Positions 28,935 through 32,000 of a stretch of 32,000 nt of DNA are shown piece by piece. The notes beneath the pieces were generated by a model. That model saw only the letters and a program-made list of their open reading frames with translations. It did no database searches and was not told the DNA's origin. The position numbers and the translations under genes were made by a program. Source of the stretch: Trichodesmium erythraeum IMS101 (GTDB taxonomy: Bacteria; Cyanobacteriota; Cyanobacteriia; Cyanobacteriales; Microcoleaceae); the NCBI RefSeq assembly GCF_000014265.1, contig NC_008312.1, positions 4,200,001-4,232,000 on the forward strand, in the 5' to 3' direction. Each line of letters opens with the position of its first letter. Positions within the stretch are counted from its first letter, which is position 1.

Positions 28935-31900
28935 TTATTCCCCATCTTTCAATTCTTCTATCAACTTAGATTCATCAAAACGCCGAATATAAAATTGTGC
29001 AACTTTGTCTTCTGGGTTGATTTGTAAAATTTCAATCATTATTTGTTTAGCTGTAGCAAACTTTTGTTGAAAATAAAGAAAAACTGCTTGTTCAAATTTA
29101 GTTTTAGTTTGTTTTTTTAATTCTTTTTGTTCTTCAGGATCTCCATCAAAAATTTCAAAAAGTCCAACGGCTTGTTTTTTTCCCTTCACTTTTACTTTAT
29201 CAAGGAAACGATAATTATATTTATATGCTTCTTCCAGATTCAATAAAGTATTTTCACTAATTAAAATATTCACTCCATATAACTTAGTTAAACTTTCTAA
29301 GCGAGAGCCTAAATTAACAGCATCACTAATCACTGTACCATCAATTCTTCTCTCTCCTCCCACAATTCCCAACATCAAATCTCCTGTATTAATACCAATA
29401 CCAATTTTAATCATTTCCTGTGATAATTTTTGACGTTCCTGATTAAAATCAGCCAAGTTTTTCAACATATTAATTGCTGCCTGAACTGCATCATCTGCCT
29501 TTCTGATAAAAATAGCCATAATGGCATCACCAATATATTTATCGATAAACCCTTCATTATCTAAAATGGCAGGTTCCATTCGGGATAAATAAGCATTAAT
29601 AAACTTAAAGTTTTCTTCTGGAGTCATACTTTCACTTAAAGTTGTAAAAGAACGAATATCAGAGAACAAAATAGACATTTTTTGCTTAATACTATCTCCC
29701 AACTTTACATCTACAATACTCTCAGAATTCAATAATTGCACAAAATTATGGGGAACAAAACGATTATAAGCAGAACTTATTTTACTAAGACGAATATGAA
29801 TTTTTATTCTGGCAAGTAATTCTTGTTTAGAAAAAGGTTTGATTAAGTAATCATTCGCTCCAGAAACAAAACCTTCCACCAAATCAGAAACTAATGGTTT
29901 TGCTGTTAACATAATAATGGGTAATTCAATATGTAAATATTTTTCCCGCAGTTTTTTTGCCACTTCATAACCAGTCATGTGAGGCATCATTACATCAAGT
30001 AAAATTAAATCTGGCATCAGGCCTTTTTCAATCATTTCTAATGCTTCAATTCCATTATTAGCTTCAGTAATAGCATAATTTTGTAAAGCCAAATTATTTC
30101 TAATAACTTGTAAATTAACTGGTTCATCATCTACAATTAAAACTGTAAAATCTCCCATTTCTGCTTCTAAATATTGTAGTTTAACGTCCTTACTTTTTGG
30201 TTCAAAATCTGTAACTAATGGTATTGATGGAGATAATGTAACTTGTGGAAAATTAACTACTTGAGTTTTAGAGATTGGAATAGTAAATTTAAACTGAGAA
30301 CCCACACCTACTTCTGATAAAACGCAGAGAGAACCTTTGTGTAATTCTACTAACTTTTTAGTAATAGCTAAACCCAAACCAGTACCACCATATTCTCTAG
30401 AAGTAGAGCCATTTGCTTGTTCAAATGATTCAAAAATTTGATCTAATTTATCTGATGGAATGCCAATACCTGTATCACTAACAGTAATCTCTAATAAAGA
30501 AACGTTATTACTAGAGTTTTCTAGTTGATTTTCTAAGACTTTAGCCGAGACCTCTATTTTACCTGAGTCAGTAAACTTAACTGCATTACCAACTAAATTA
30601 TAAAAGATTTGCTGAAGTCGATTTTCATCAGCATCAACAAAAGGTATATCATAACTAATAGAATTAATTATTTGTAAAGGCTTTGTACCAATCATGGAAC
30701 TAGAAAGATTAATTACTATCTCTGCTACTTCTCTCACCCCTACTGGTTTTAATTTTAATTCGATATTGCGATGTTTAAGTTTATAAAAATCAAGAATATC
30801 GTTAATTAAATTTGATAATCTTTTGCCAGAAAAAATCACTAGATAAAGATTATTTTTAACCTCAGAAGATAATTCTCCTGCTACCCCATCTATTAATGAT
30901 TCTGTAATCCCAATAATTCCATTCAAAGGAGTACGAAGTTCGTGAGATGTATTAGCTAAAAATTCGTCTTTTAATTTATCTAAATTTTCTAATTGTTTAT
31001 TCTTAATTGTCAGTAAATTAAAGGAATTTTGTAATTGAAAAGCCATAGAATTAAAAGCTTTAGCAAGTTCCCCTACTTCATCATCACGATTAAGTTCAAT
31101 TTTCTGATTAAATTCTCCTTCAGATAAGGCAGTAGCTACATCTTTTAGTTTTAAAATAGGTTGCACAACCCAACGAGATGTTAAGATACCAATTACTGTT
31201 GCTAAAACTAATGCCAATAGACAAAGTATAATCGTGATTTTAGTTTGTTTATAAATATTATCTAGAAAGTCTATTTCTGGAATTACTATTACTATTAACC
31301 AGTCTAAACCATACTGATCTTGGAAAGGTTTTATATTAAGAAATTGTCGTTGATTATTAATCTTAAATTGCAGATATTTTCCATCATTAATTAATTTATT
31401 TAAGTCAAATTCTGTGCTTAAATATTTGGCTGTAGCTTGAGTCAAATCATTATAACTTTCAATGGCTTGAACTCTCTCAGCTCCGTATGCTTTATTTATC
31501 GTACGAAAAGGCTTTTCTCCTGTAGAAGTTGCCACTAACATTCCCGAACGCTCAAGAATAAAAATTTGTCCAGTTTTACCAATTTCTAGACTCCCTAAAA
31601 AGTCACCAATTTGTGATAGATTAATATTTGTTAATAGTACACCCTGCAATTTTCCCTGGTCATTATAAAAAGCCTTAGATGCGCCAAGATAAGCAGTGAG
31701 ACCAGCAGTATTAGGATAAATTTCACTCCAAGTAGGTTGACCACTAGCTACAGCAGCTTTGTACCAAGGTCGAGTGCGTGGGTCGAATTTAATACTATTT
31801 AATAGTTGGACTCGCTCACCAAATTGATTTGTGGAATAAGTTTCAAAAATATAATTGCTTTCTTGGGTTGAAATTCTCAGATGTAGAGTATCCTGAGTAA

Positions 31901-32000
31901 GTCTTTCGGCCCCCAAATTAACTTTATTTTCTAATCCTAATCCTGTAAAACCAAGAACATCAAATATTTGTAGTTGTTGCCAAAAGTAATTTTCTAATTG
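28935..32000 (-). CDS. multidomain sensor: dCache - TM - HAMP - histidine kinase (HisKA/HATPase) - receiver - class III adenylate/guanylate cyclase; 5' end outside the window
   Basis: FDPRTRPWYKAAV (Cache); a TM helix at about aa 226-246; FLANTSHELRTPLNGI (H-box); GTGLGLAI (G2 box); VLIVDDEPVN...LLDVMMP...LTAK (receiver); SILFSDIRSFTTLSE...GDAIMAIF...GINTGDLMLGIVGG...VISDAVNLGSRLE (cyclase). The frame stays open from 31916 to 32000. Confidence 0.9.
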   Translation of the reverse strand, partial: QLENYFWQQLQIFDVLGFTGLGLENKVNLGAERLTQDTLHLRISTQESNYIFETYSTNQFGERVQLLNSIKFDPRTRPWYKAAVASGQPTWSEIYPNTAGLTAYLGASKAFYNDQGKLQGVLLTNINLSQIGDFLGSLEIGKTGQIFILERSGMLVATSTGEKPFRTINKAYGAERVQAIESYNDLTQATAKYLSTEFDLNKLINDGKYLQFKINNQRQFLNIKPFQDQYGLDWLIVIVIPEIDFLDNIYKQTKITIILCLLALVLATVIGILTSRWVVQPILKLKDVATALSEGEFNQKIELNRDDEVGELAKAFNSMAFQLQNSFNLLTIKNKQLENLDKLKDEFLANTSHELRTPLNGIIGITESLIDGVAGELSSEVKNNLYLVIFSGKRLSNLINDILDFYKLKHRNIELKLKPVGVREVAEIVINLSSSMIGTKPLQIINSISYDIPFVDADENRLQQIFYNLVGNAVKFTDSGKIEVSAKVLENQLENSSNNVSLLEITVSDTGIGIPSDKLDQIFESFEQANGSTSREYGGTGLGLAITKKLVELHKGSLCVLSEVGVGSQFKFTIPISKTQVVNFPQVTLSPSIPLVTDFEPKSKDVKLQYLEAEMGDFTVLIVDDEPVNLQVIRNNLALQNYAITEANNGIEALEMIEKGLMPDLILLDVMMPHMTGYEVAKKLREKYLHIELPIIMLTAKPLVSDLVEGFVSGANDYLIKPFSKQELLARIKIHIRLSKISSAYNRFVPHNFVQLLNSESIVDVKLGDSIKQKMSILFSDIRSFTTLSESMTPEENFKFINAYLSRMEPAILDNEGFIDKYIGDAIMAIFIRKADDAVQAAINMLKNLADFNQERQKLSQEMIKIGIGINTGDLMLGIVGGERRIDGTVISDAVNLGSRLESLTKLYGVNILISENTLLNLEEAYKYNYRFLDKVKVKGKKQAVGLFEIFDGDPEEQKELKKQTKTKFEQAVFLYFQQKFATAKQIMIEILQINPEDKVAQFYIRRFDESKLIEELKDGE

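Overview
This is a visibly AT-rich cyanobacterial chromosome segment. The HIP1 octamer GCGATCGC occurs at 8 or more sites outside repeats and once per unit in one repeat array. The gene content (moaC, murJ, sfsA, a nucA/nuiA-like pair, a dCache-HAMP-kinase-receiver-cyclase sensor) and the low coding density fit a Trichodesmium-like filamentous cyanobacterium. About 17.5 of 32 kb is coding, pseudogenes included. The organism call is inference only and needs a database search. I can support about 14 intact CDS, one tRNA-Arg(ACG) and four decayed genes: a sulfotransferase with one in-frame TAA, an FkbM-like methyltransferase with one in-frame TGA, a frameshifted nuiA-like nuclease inhibitor, and a heavily degraded IS200/IS605-family tnpB. 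The dominant unexplained signal is five tandem-duplication loci: 204 bp x13 (6454-9105), 73/74 bp x18 (17357-18676), 272 bp x4 (21474-22561), 78 bp x2 (24221-24363) and 161 bp x2 (27750-28071). All three large arrays touch gene 3' ends. Array 1 is a homogenised, decayed copy of the adjacent aminotransferase gene's own 3' end. Array 3 re-copies a gene 3' end, the intergenic region and the sfsA 5' end. Array 2 starts where the right end of the tnpB relic should lie. None of the arrays has spacers (so not CRISPR) or open frames. I did not find a recognisable multi-gene defence or biosynthetic system. The gene-end-seeded arrays and the intact nuclease beside a broken inhibitor gene are the best leads.
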